Origin: Alteraurantiacibacter sp.
GTDB lineage: Bacteria; Pseudomonadota; Alphaproteobacteria; Sphingomonadales; Sphingomonadaceae
DNA length: 64,000 nt
Direction: 5' to 3'
Assembly: GCA_963675825.2 (NCBI GenBank)
Contig: CAXXJY010000003.1
Coordinates: forward strand, 28,929-92,928
Shown: positions 49,669-58,935 of the stretch, one piece after another
Layout: each line of letters starts with the position of its first letter
How positions within the stretch are numbered: the first letter of the stretch is position 1
Translations under genes and position numbers: made by a program
Notes under the pieces: model-generated
What the model was told of the DNA's origin: nothing
Database searches by the model: none
Seen by the model: only the letters and a program-made list of their open reading frames with translations

Positions 49669-49677
<9 letters not shown>
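47422..49677 (-). CDS. mcm: Methylmalonyl-CoA mutase, single-chain (catalytic plus B12-binding domains)
   Basis: 751 aa. [28 protein letters not shown], with a C-terminal B12 domain [25 protein letters not shown]. The start overlaps the pccB copy 2 stop (ATGA). Confidence 0.93.
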
Positions 49678-51207
<1,530 letters not shown>

Positions 51208-51274
51208 TCAAACCTGACAAGACAATCCCAAAGCAACCTGATTGACGCTCCATCATGACGCAGTCCAATGTTAA

Positions 51275-51305
51275 TTTGCAAAATTGCAAAATCCGATTTT
51301 GCAAA
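51275..51305. promoter_or_regulatory. Cluster of TTTGCAAA-type operator motifs between pccB and pccR
   Basis: TTTGCAAA lies at 51275-51282, ATTGCAAA at 51283-51290 and TTTGCAAA at 51298-51305. Positions 51284-51304 form a perfect palindrome, TTGCAAAAT-CCG-ATTTTGCAA. Repeated TTTGCAAA is the operator type I recall for PccR/ScfR regulators. Confidence 0.6.
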
Positions 51306-51318
51306 CTAGTCTCCCCAC

Positions 51319-52815
51319 ATGACGCAAAGGGCCAGGATTTTTGCAGGCACCCAGATCCGCAAGCTGCGGAACAGGAAGGGTATGCGGCAGACGGAACTGG
51401 CCAAGAAGTTGTCGATAAGCTCTTCCTATCTTAGCCAGCTGGAGCACGATGACCGCCCCTTGACCCCAAGGCTTGCTGAAAAGTTGGCGACTCTCTTCCC
51501 GATCGATTGGCAGGATTTCCAACTGGACGAGACTGAACATATTGCCCACGCGCTGCGCGAGGCAGTCGGGGATCCGGTATTCGGAGAGCCAATGCCGCCG
51601 GACAGTCTTGCGAAGCTTGCCGAACAGCAGCCGGAGTTTGCGCGGCGCTTTGTCGAATTGCATGAGATCTATCGCAGGACGAGCCAGCGGCTCGAGATCG
51701 TCGATGAGGCAATTTCCGTGGATAGGCCAATCGGCTCACGATTGCCTTGGGAAGAGGTCAGGGACTGGTTTCACCTATCGAACAATTACGTGGACGAACT
51801 CGACAGATCTGCCGAGAGTCTCGCTCTTTCGATATCCGATGACCATGACCATATCAGTGGCTCAGCCATGCGGAGTCACCTCGCGGATAATCACGGTGTG
51901 CGCGTAAACCTCGAGCAATCCGAAACGCTGCGAGACTTTGATTCAGAGAACAAGATACTCACGATTGATGCGGCCCAGCCCGCTTCGGGGATACGCTTCC
52001 AGCTTGCGTATCATCTTGTTACCTGTGCGCTCGGCGATGCTATCGATGATGTCGTACGAACCGCCCAGCTCAGAACGACGACCGCTCGCGAACTGCTGAA
52101 GGTCGGTCTGGCAAACTACGCTGCCGGCGCAATTCTGATGCCCTACGAGCGATTCCGCAGGTCGGCGCGTGAACACCGGCACGACATCGATCGGATCAGC
52201 CTGATCTTCAAAACAAGTTTCGAGCAAACCTGCCACCGGCTTTCCACCCTGCAACGCAATGGGGCGCGGGGATTGCCGGTCTTCTTCTGTCGCGTGGACA
52301 TGGCAGGAAACATCACCAAGAGACACAGTGCAACACAGTTGCAGTTCGCGCGTTATGGCGGCGCTTGTCCGCGGTGGATTGTCCACGAGGCAGTCGCCAT
52401 CCCGGATCGCATACTTGTTCAGCTGGCTCAGACCCCTGATGGCGACCGCTATGTTTCGATGGCCAAGGGGTTGGTAAAATCTTCGGGCAGGTTTGACCGA
52501 AACCCCCGGCGTTACGCTGTCGCACTGGGATGTGAAGTCAAGCATCGCGATGACTTTGTTTATGCCGACTCGATTGACACAACCACCGAAAGCGCAGCGA
52601 CGCCTATCGGAGTTTCGTGCCGCATTTGTTCACATGTGAATTGCGATCAGCGCGCTTACCCACCAAACGACCAGACAATTTCGATCAATCATTTTCGACG
52701 CAGCATCGTGCCCTATGAAATGGGAAGCGCATCCAGCATCCCGTCCGATTACACAAAGATCACGTCATCATCCCGGTCAGAACCGGATCGATACCGAGGT
52801 GACCCAAGTTCCTGA
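51319..52815 (+). CDS. pccR: Short-chain fatty acyl-CoA regulator (ScfR/PccR family): XRE-type HTH plus an ImmA/IrrE-like and DUF2083-like C-terminal region
   Basis: 498 aa. The N-terminal HTH is IFAGTQIRKLRNRKGMRQTELAKKLSISSSYLSQLEHDDRPLT. The gene is long and divergent from pccB. A C-terminal cysteine cluster reads CPRW...CRICSHVNCDQRAYPP. Confidence 0.8.
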   Translation: MTQRARIFAGTQIRKLRNRKGMRQTELAKKLSISSSYLSQLEHDDRPLTPRLAEKLATLFPIDWQDFQLDETEHIAHALREAVGDPVFGEPMPPDSLAKLAEQQPEFARRFVELHEIYRRTSQRLEIVDEAISVDRPIGSRLPWEEVRDWFHLSNNYVDELDRSAESLALSISDDHDHISGSAMRSHLADNHGVRVNLEQSETLRDFDSENKILTIDAAQPASGIRFQLAYHLVTCALGDAIDDVVRTAQLRTTTARELLKVGLANYAAGAILMPYERFRRSAREHRHDIDRISLIFKTSFEQTCHRLSTLQRNGARGLPVFFCRVDMAGNITKRHSATQLQFARYGGACPRWIVHEAVAIPDRILVQLAQTPDGDRYVSMAKGLVKSSGRFDRNPRRYAVALGCEVKHRDDFVYADSIDTTTESAATPIGVSCRICSHVNCDQRAYPPNDQTISINHFRRSIVPYEMGSASSIPSDYTKITSSSRSEPDRYRGDPSS

Positions 52816-52925
52816 GCTCAACGGGCACGTTTTGACGTGACCCCCAGCTTTCCTCCAGTTGGGACCAGAGCCGAGCCGCGTTGCTGCGCAAGAGCGCGGT
52901 TGAGGCAGTGGGCTGCGTAGCGGAG

Positions 52926-53766
52926 GGTGCTGTCAGTCTAACGCTAACTCGTCTCCACTTGGCAGAACTTGCCCTTCCCACATGTTGGTTCAGGCCATGA
53001 GGTCTTTCCACTCAGCCAGGGCAGCTGAGCGGTTCGCTTTGTAGGTCTGCCTGTCGTTGAGATGACGATCTGAGTTGAAGTGATTGTGGACGTTGGCGTG
53101 GACTGAAGCGAACTTCTGTAACGACTTCATTTGTCGAAATCGCAGCATTGCTCGTTCTCGTCGTCGAAACGGCAGGTGCGAGTTTTCTGCGCGATTGTTC
53201 AACCACCTTGCCATCTCCCGGCGTTCCTCAATGCCCAATTCCTTGAGTGCAGCAGGATATGACTTGAGCCCATCGGTCACAATCGCTTCGGCCTTGCCAT
53301 GTCGCTTCAGCGCCTTCTTGAAGAAGCGCAAAGCCGCAGATTTGTCTCGCCTCTTTGTCACGTAGCTTTCGAGGATTTCGCCTTCGTGGTCGACTGCTCG
53401 CCACAGGTAATGGGTCTCGCCATTGATCTTCACGAACACCTCATCGAGGTGCCAGCGCCAATGGCGGAAGCCGCGCATTCGGCTGATCCGCTGCCGCTTG
53501 ATGTCGGCTGCAAACATAGGACCGAACCTGTTCCACCAGAACCGAACCGTCTCGTGGCAAATTTCGATGCCGCGTTCCGCCAGCAGATCTTCGACATTCC
53601 GCAAGCTCAGAGGAAACCGAACGTACATCATCACAACAAGCCTGATCACCTCAGGCGACGAGTTGAAATAGCGAAACGGGCTGGCTGGCTTCTTTGGTCT
53701 TGGCATGGGTGCGCCCTACCCCACATACCTCGCCCGTCAATCAGGTGCATTTACTCTGACAGTGCC
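52926..53766 (-). mobile_element. IS6-family insertion sequence, apparently intact (841 bp)
   Basis: The ends are GGTGCTGTCAGTCTAAC (52926-52942) and, on the minus strand, GGCACTGTCAGAGTAAA (53766-53750). They enclose a single 238-aa transposase gene. The flanking 8-mers (tagcggag / cctcatcc) are not a direct repeat. Confidence 0.85.
52990..53706 (-). CDS. IS6-family transposase (DDE)
   Basis: 238 aa. MPRPKKPASPFRYFNSSPEVIRLVVMMYVRFPLSLRNVEDLLAERGIEICHETVRFWWNRFGPMFAADIKRQR...WHLDEVFVKINGETHYLWRAVD...DGLKSYPAAL...NNRAENSH, as in IS26/IS6100-type enzymes. Confidence 0.92.
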   Translation of the reverse strand: MPRPKKPASPFRYFNSSPEVIRLVVMMYVRFPLSLRNVEDLLAERGIEICHETVRFWWNRFGPMFAADIKRQRISRMRGFRHWRWHLDEVFVKINGETHYLWRAVDHEGEILESYVTKRRDKSAALRFFKKALKRHGKAEAIVTDGLKSYPAALKELGIEERREMARWLNNRAENSHLPFRRRERAMLRFRQMKSLQKFASVHANVHNHFNSDRHLNDRQTYKANRSAALAEWKDLMA

Positions 53767-54078
53767 CCTCATCCAAGTGCCAGCGCCAGTGGCGAAAGCC
53801 ACGCATCCGGCTGACCCGCTGGCGGCGGATGTCGGCTGCGAACAGCGGACCGAAACGGTTCCACCACAGCCGCACGGTTTCGTGACAGATGTCTATCCCC
53901 CGCTCGACAAGCAGGTCTTCCACGTTTCGCAAGCTCAATGGGAAGCGAACGTACATCATCACGACCAGCCGGATGACCTCAGGCGATGAGTTGAAGTAGC
54001 GAAACGGGTTATCGACCTTACTCATCCAGGGCGGCTAGCATCGCCCTGTCCGTTCAACCAGTTTGCTTTGATAGTGCC
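53767..54078 (-). pseudogene. Truncated second IS6-family copy (left IR plus first ~86 codons of the transposase), cut by the intact copy
   Basis: MSKVDNPFRYFNSSPEVIRLVVMMYVRFPLSLRNVEDLLVERGIDICHETVRLWWNRFGPLFAADIRRQRVSRMRGFRHWRWHLDE then reads straight into the IR of the intact element. Its own IR, GGCACTATCAAAGCAAA (minus strand), ends at 54078. Confidence 0.85.
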
Positions 54079-55871
54079 CCTCGGCAACACAGCACGATCG
54101 CCGTCCCCAATCCGGCTGAGGCAAGGGAGGCCACGAGTACGGAGAGTTTGACGGCTTGCAACTGGCTGCCATCGAATGCGGCCGAGGCAATCAGGATCGA
54201 CATAGTGAAGCCAATACCGCACAGCATCGAAGCACCGGCCAACTGCGACCAGCCGATTTCCGAGGACAATCTTCCGAGCCGAAGCTTGATTGCGATTACC
54301 ACGAAAAGGCAAATGCCCAGCGGCTTGCCGACGAGCAGGCCCAGGATTGTGCCGTAAACTTCGGGCTCACCGAACTGGAAATCAGTACCGCGCAGGAGGA
54401 TCCCGGTGTTGAAGAAGGCGTAAAGTGGCAGGATAAGGAAGCTCGACCAGTTCTGCAGTCTGTGTTGCAGGTGAAACCCCGGGTCTCTCAATCGGTCGAT
54501 GAGCTTCTTCAGGTGCAACACACCTAGGGTCGAAGGCTTGTCGCATTCGCGGTCGATTTCGAACTGGAAGATCTTGCGGGCCTGCATGGCCACGCCTTCG
54601 ATGTTTGCAGAACTGCGTGCCGGGATGGCCGCGGCAGTCAGCACCCCGGCCAGAGTTGCATGGACGCCGCTCTGGTAAAGGAAATACCATAGTACGACCG
54701 CCAGGAACGCGTAAGGAGCCCGGGCATAGATCTTGCCTTTGTTCAAAACGATCATCAGCGCGAACACCGTTAGGGCGACGAAGAAAGCGTCCGCATGGAA
54801 GCCCTGCCCATAAAACAGCGCAATCACGACGATTGCGCCAAGATCGTCCAGGATGGAAAGAGCCGCTACGAATACTTTAAGGGACGTCGGCACGCGATCA
54901 CCCAGAAGCGCCAGTATCCCGAGCGTGAAGGCGATATCGGTAGCCGTGGGCACACCCCAGCCCCGTACAGCTGCCGTTCCTGCTGTCGCGACGTAGAAAA
55001 TCAGGGCGGGCACAAGCATCCCCCCCAAGGCGCCAATCAGGGGCATTGCCGCATTTCGCGGATCGGATAGCTCTCCATCTACCAACTCGCGTTTGATCTC
55101 GATGCCGACGACCAGAAAAAACAGCGCCATGAGCGCTTCGTTGATCCACATTTCGAGAGAAAGGGAAAAGCTCCAACTGCCGGCAGACAAGCCTGCCGTG
55201 GCTTGGCGCAGCGTTTCGTAGCTTTCGTCCCACCCCAAGTTGACCGCTGCCAGTGCTGCGATGGTCGAGACGATCAGAACGAGACCGTTCGATGCAGCCC
55301 AGCGGAAGAAGGCCGTGCTTGCCAGTTCCAGTCTGACGCCAAGAGGTCTTTCGATGGCCTCGATGATAGCCTCGTCGTCCCAGGCACCTTCGAACATGAC
55401 CCCGTCGATGAACAGCATAGGTGTATGCGGGATCGCGCTAGAGGCCCGCGCCGATGCTATGTCGGATTGTAACCGCTGCGTCGTCTCATCCGACCAGAGG
55501 TCGGCTTCGAAGCGTTTGACATCGAGGCCGATCTTTCCTGCCATCCGGCACAAGAGCGCGACGTCATAAGGAGGCTTCGCTTCGAACAGTGCTTCGTGCA
55601 TTTCTGGAAAGCGATCCTGGTGGTGCGCCGCTATCGCCGCGCGCGCGGCAAGTTCGGCACTTTCCGATCCTTTCTTCGGAAAGAAGCGCACGGCGAAGAC
55701 GAGACCAAGGCCCGCAAATTTCTCGATAGAGCGCACAATGACGTCACGGACGCGCCTCGACGCATTCTCGGCATTGTCGGCATAGTCGATGAACCATACG
55801 ACTTGATGGGCCTCGCCATTCGAAATCAGGCAGGCTTCTCCGGTCGAGAACGGAGGGGTCAGTCTGGGCAT
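54054..55871 (-). CDS. nhaA: Na+/H+ antiporter NhaA fused to an N-terminal DsbA-like thioredoxin-fold domain; last ~8 codons supplied by IS sequence
   Basis: I prefer the ATG at 55871 (MPRLTPPF...). The N-terminal ~190 aa are DsbA-like, but ENAS stands where CxxC is expected (VVWFIDYADNAENAS). NhaA blocks then follow: WINEALMALFFLVVGIEIKRE, GWGVPTATDIAF and FVAALSILDDLGAI. The 3' end ...CCRGALSKQTG* reads into the IS6 inverted repeat at 54078. Confidence 0.85.
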   Translation of the reverse strand: MPRLTPPFSTGEACLISNGEAHQVVWFIDYADNAENASRRVRDVIVRSIEKFAGLGLVFAVRFFPKKGSESAELAARAAIAAHHQDRFPEMHEALFEAKPPYDVALLCRMAGKIGLDVKRFEADLWSDETTQRLQSDIASARASSAIPHTPMLFIDGVMFEGAWDDEAIIEAIERPLGVRLELASTAFFRWAASNGLVLIVSTIAALAAVNLGWDESYETLRQATAGLSAGSWSFSLSLEMWINEALMALFFLVVGIEIKRELVDGELSDPRNAAMPLIGALGGMLVPALIFYVATAGTAAVRGWGVPTATDIAFTLGILALLGDRVPTSLKVFVAALSILDDLGAIVVIALFYGQGFHADAFFVALTVFALMIVLNKGKIYARAPYAFLAVVLWYFLYQSGVHATLAGVLTAAAIPARSSANIEGVAMQARKIFQFEIDRECDKPSTLGVLHLKKLIDRLRDPGFHLQHRLQNWSSFLILPLYAFFNTGILLRGTDFQFGEPEVYGTILGLLVGKPLGICLFVVIAIKLRLGRLSSEIGWSQLAGASMLCGIGFTMSILIASAAFDGSQLQAVKLSVLVASLASAGLGTAIVLCCRGALSKQTG

Positions 55872-55935
55872 TGCTCGCCGGCCCAAAAGTCGACAACGCG
55901 CAATCTAAGTATTGTTCGAAGGTTAGTCCGGACCA

Positions 55936-56313
55936 TCAATATGTCAGTACCTTGTTGTCGCCTTCCATGACGCCTTCGATCAGATAGGCACCCCCGATGA
56001 TGCCCTCGCATTCCGGGATCAGGTCATCCTTGGTCATGTCAAACAGGTCGAGGTTAGGCGAACAACAATACAGCTTGGCACCGGCTTCGTGTGCGTCCTT
56101 CATGAAATCGTAGACAGACTTGGGAGAGCCTTCCTTCACGAAGAGCTTCTCCGCCACGCCCTTCTTCAGGAGCTTGCCCGCCGTGGCAGTGAAGATCACT
56201 TCCACTTCATATTCCATCGCTGCAGCCACGGTCGCCTGGAAGATCGGTGCGCCCAGTTCCTCGTGGTTCCTGGGGTCGGTATTGGCCAGAACTATGATGA
56301 GCTTTGATGCCAT
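55936..56313 (-). CDS. DsrE/DsrF-like (COG2210-type 'peroxiredoxin family') small protein
   Basis: 125 aa from MASKLIIVLANTDPRNHEELGAPIFQATVAAAMEYEVEVIFTATAG...KLYCCSPNLDLF... AGGAGAGG lies upstream, overlapping the stop of the preceding gene. The track ORF extends further upstream, to 56571. Confidence 0.7.
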   Translation of the reverse strand: MASKLIIVLANTDPRNHEELGAPIFQATVAAAMEYEVEVIFTATAGKLLKKGVAEKLFVKEGSPKSVYDFMKDAHEAGAKLYCCSPNLDLFDMTKDDLIPECEGIIGGAYLIEGVMEGDNKVLTY

Positions 56314-56327
56314 TTGCTTTTCCTCTC

Positions 56328-57917
56328 CTAAGTCAGCCAGTCCCCGGTCACGCTCGCGAAGATGCCGGGATCTGAGTGTTTGAAAACTTGTTCGAGAACC
56401 TCCGTCGGCGCGTCGGCCCCATCGAGGCGTAGCCAGTCCGACAGGTCGCCCACCGGATAATCCGCCTGTTTCTCTACCACTGCTTCGTCGGCATCGGACG
56501 GATCTCCGACGCGCGAACGGACGCGCTCGACTAATACGGATTTGGGCGCATCCAGCCAGACGCGCACGCAAGGGGTTTTCGTTTCCCGCGCCAGGCGCTG
56601 TGCCGCCTTGCGCTCAGCAGGATCAGCAAAAACCGCATCAAGAACGACACTAACGCCGCCTGTGAGCAGGGTATCCGCCTCTTCCAGCATGGCGGCATAG
56701 ACTGCTTTGCTGGCGTGAGAACTGTATGCCGTTGCGGGCAGCCGCTCCTCTGGAGCCACGCCCGCCAGGCGCTTGCGGATCACGTCGCTGCGAAGCCACC
56801 GCGCGCCCGCAGCATTTCCGATATGCGGAGCAAGCCCACCGGCAAGCGTGGACTTGCCGCTGCCGCTTAGCCCGCCGACGGCCACCAGCACCGGCTCGCC
56901 CGGATTCAGGAAATCCAGCGCCGCCGCCAGGTAACGTCGGCCTTCCTCAACCTTGGTCTTTCTTGTGGGCTCGTTCGGTTGCAAGGCTGCTGCCAGCGCG
57001 GCGACATGCGCCCGCACGCAGGCGCGCATGGAAAGGAACAGCGGCATCGCGGCCAGCCCCGCTGCTTCGCCCAGCCGGTCGCAATAGCGGTTGAGCACGA
57101 GGTTTGCCGCATCGCGGCGGCCATGTACAACCAGGTCCATCAGCAGGAAGGCAAGGTCGTACAGCGTATCGCTCGTCGCCAGCTCAGGATCGAACTCAAG
57201 GCAGTCGAACAGCACCGGCCTGCCACGCCACAGGCAGATGTTCCGCAAGTGCAGGTCGCCGTGGCAATGGCGCACCAACCCCTCTTCGCCGCGCCGGTCC
57301 AGCAGCGCGCGAAGCTGGCAAAAACCGGCGCTGGTCCGCGCGTGCAGTAGCGCCGCCGGTTCGGTTGGCAAGATTCCGTCCGGCAAGGCAGCCATGGCGG
57401 CGCGGTTGCCTTCGATCACCGCGTGCACACGCCCGCTGCCCATTACCGTGCGGATGGGTATTTCGGCATCGTGAAAGGCAGCGATGGCGTCGGCTATCTG
57501 ACGCAGGATCGCGGGTGAAAGTTCCCCGCGCACGGCCACGTTCTCCAGCAGGTCCTGCGTTTCGAAACGTCGCATCACCAGCACCCAGTCGACTGGTTCG
57601 CCGGCTGCGAAGCTGTATGTGCCATCGCCAGTACGCCGCACCGCCTGCACGTTCAGGTACAAATCGGGCGCCGTACGCCGGTTCAGCTGCAATTCGGCTT
57701 CCAGCATGGCCCGCCGCTTTTCCGGCGTCGAGAAATCGAGATAAGGCAGCTGCACCGCCCGCTTCAGCTTGTAGGCCCGGTCTCCGGCGAGAAACACCAT
57801 GGCGGCATGGGTATCGATCCGCTCGACAGATGCGACGCCGGAATAGCTGTGCGGGGACGAAAGGAATTCGACGACCACTTGCTGGTTCTGGCTTGAGGGC
57901 AAGACAGGCTGGGCCAT
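56328..57917 (-). CDS. Bifunctional aminoglycoside-phosphotransferase-like / P-loop kinase (AAA_33-like) protein
   Basis: 529 aa from MAQPVLPSSQ..., with its ATG 7 nt after the hypE stop. The N-terminal half carries the kinase-like motif HCHGDLHLRNICL...FDCLEFD. The C-terminal half carries the P-loop GGLSGSGKSTLA. Confidence 0.75.
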   Translation of the reverse strand: MAQPVLPSSQNQQVVVEFLSSPHSYSGVASVERIDTHAAMVFLAGDRAYKLKRAVQLPYLDFSTPEKRRAMLEAELQLNRRTAPDLYLNVQAVRRTGDGTYSFAAGEPVDWVLVMRRFETQDLLENVAVRGELSPAILRQIADAIAAFHDAEIPIRTVMGSGRVHAVIEGNRAAMAALPDGILPTEPAALLHARTSAGFCQLRALLDRRGEEGLVRHCHGDLHLRNICLWRGRPVLFDCLEFDPELATSDTLYDLAFLLMDLVVHGRRDAANLVLNRYCDRLGEAAGLAAMPLFLSMRACVRAHVAALAAALQPNEPTRKTKVEEGRRYLAAALDFLNPGEPVLVAVGGLSGSGKSTLAGGLAPHIGNAAGARWLRSDVIRKRLAGVAPEERLPATAYSSHASKAVYAAMLEEADTLLTGGVSVVLDAVFADPAERKAAQRLARETKTPCVRVWLDAPKSVLVERVRSRVGDPSDADEAVVEKQADYPVGDLSDWLRLDGADAPTEVLEQVFKHSDPGIFASVTGDWLT

Positions 57918-57924
57918 CGCGCGA

Positions 57925-58935
57925 TCAACAGATCCGGGGCAGGGGGTCTTCCTCGAGCTCTTCGAGGATGCGCTCTCCGCCAAGGCTGGTGTGCAGGACG
58001 ACGCCCGCCCTGCCGCCCAGCATCACACCAATCCGCGCCGCCTGTTCGCCATGGTCCAGGCTGCGCCACACGGCCAGTACCTGGTCGGCAAGCTGAGGGG
58101 CGACCACGGCGACGACGCGGCCTTCGCAGGCGAGATACCAGGGATCGTAACCCAGGATTTCGCACACCCCTGCCACCTCGTCACGCACGGGGATTGCGTC
58201 CTCCTCGAGCGCCACGCGCAGGCTGGTCGCCTGCGCGATTTCGTGCGCTACCGTGGCCAGGCCGCCGCGCGTCGCATCGCGCATGAACCGCACGCCCGGC
58301 ATCTGTGCCAACGGTCGGCAGAAGGGCAACAGGCTGGCACAGTCAGAGGCGATCTTGCCCGACAGATCGAACTGCTCGCGTTCAAGCAGCACGGTTACCG
58401 CGTGATCTCCGACAGGGCCGCTCACCAGCACAACATCGCCCGCCGCGATCGTGTTCATGCCCAGCGCGCAATCGGGCGAGCGTTCGCCGATGCCCGCTGT
58501 GGTCAGGTAAAGGCCGCCGCCATGGCCGCGCGGCACCACCTTGGTATCGCCCGCCACCACGCGCACGCCGTTCTCGCGCGCGGCCTCTGCCATGCTGGCG
58601 ACAATCGCCTCCAGCGTGGCGAGCGGCAGGCCTTCCTCGATCATCGCCCCAAGCGTGAGATAGCGCGGGATCGCCCCGCTAACCGCCAGGTCGTTGCAGG
58701 TGCCATGCACCGCCAGCTTGCCAATATCGCCGCCGGGAAATTGCAGCGGTTCGACGATGAAGCCGTCGGTCGAGACGACCGGAACCATGCAGGGATCCAG
58801 CGCGACTGGCGCAGCATCCAGCCCGGCATCCTCTGCCGCCATACCGAAATCCCGGGCGAACACCTGCTCGATCAGCTCGCGCATGAAGCGCCCACCGTTG
58901 CCATGGGCAAGGGTGATGAGGGGCCCCTTGCTCAT
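57925..58935 (-). CDS. hypE: [NiFe]-hydrogenase maturation protein HypE
   Basis: 336 aa. ITLAHGNGG, and a C-terminal ...PRIC ending in the conserved Cys. ATGA overlap with hypF. Confidence 0.93.
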   Translation of the reverse strand: MSKGPLITLAHGNGGRFMRELIEQVFARDFGMAAEDAGLDAAPVALDPCMVPVVSTDGFIVEPLQFPGGDIGKLAVHGTCNDLAVSGAIPRYLTLGAMIEEGLPLATLEAIVASMAEAARENGVRVVAGDTKVVPRGHGGGLYLTTAGIGERSPDCALGMNTIAAGDVVLVSGPVGDHAVTVLLEREQFDLSGKIASDCASLLPFCRPLAQMPGVRFMRDATRGGLATVAHEIAQATSLRVALEEDAIPVRDEVAGVCEILGYDPWYLACEGRVVAVVAPQLADQVLAVWRSLDHGEQAARIGVMLGGRAGVVLHTSLGGERILEELEEDPLPRIC

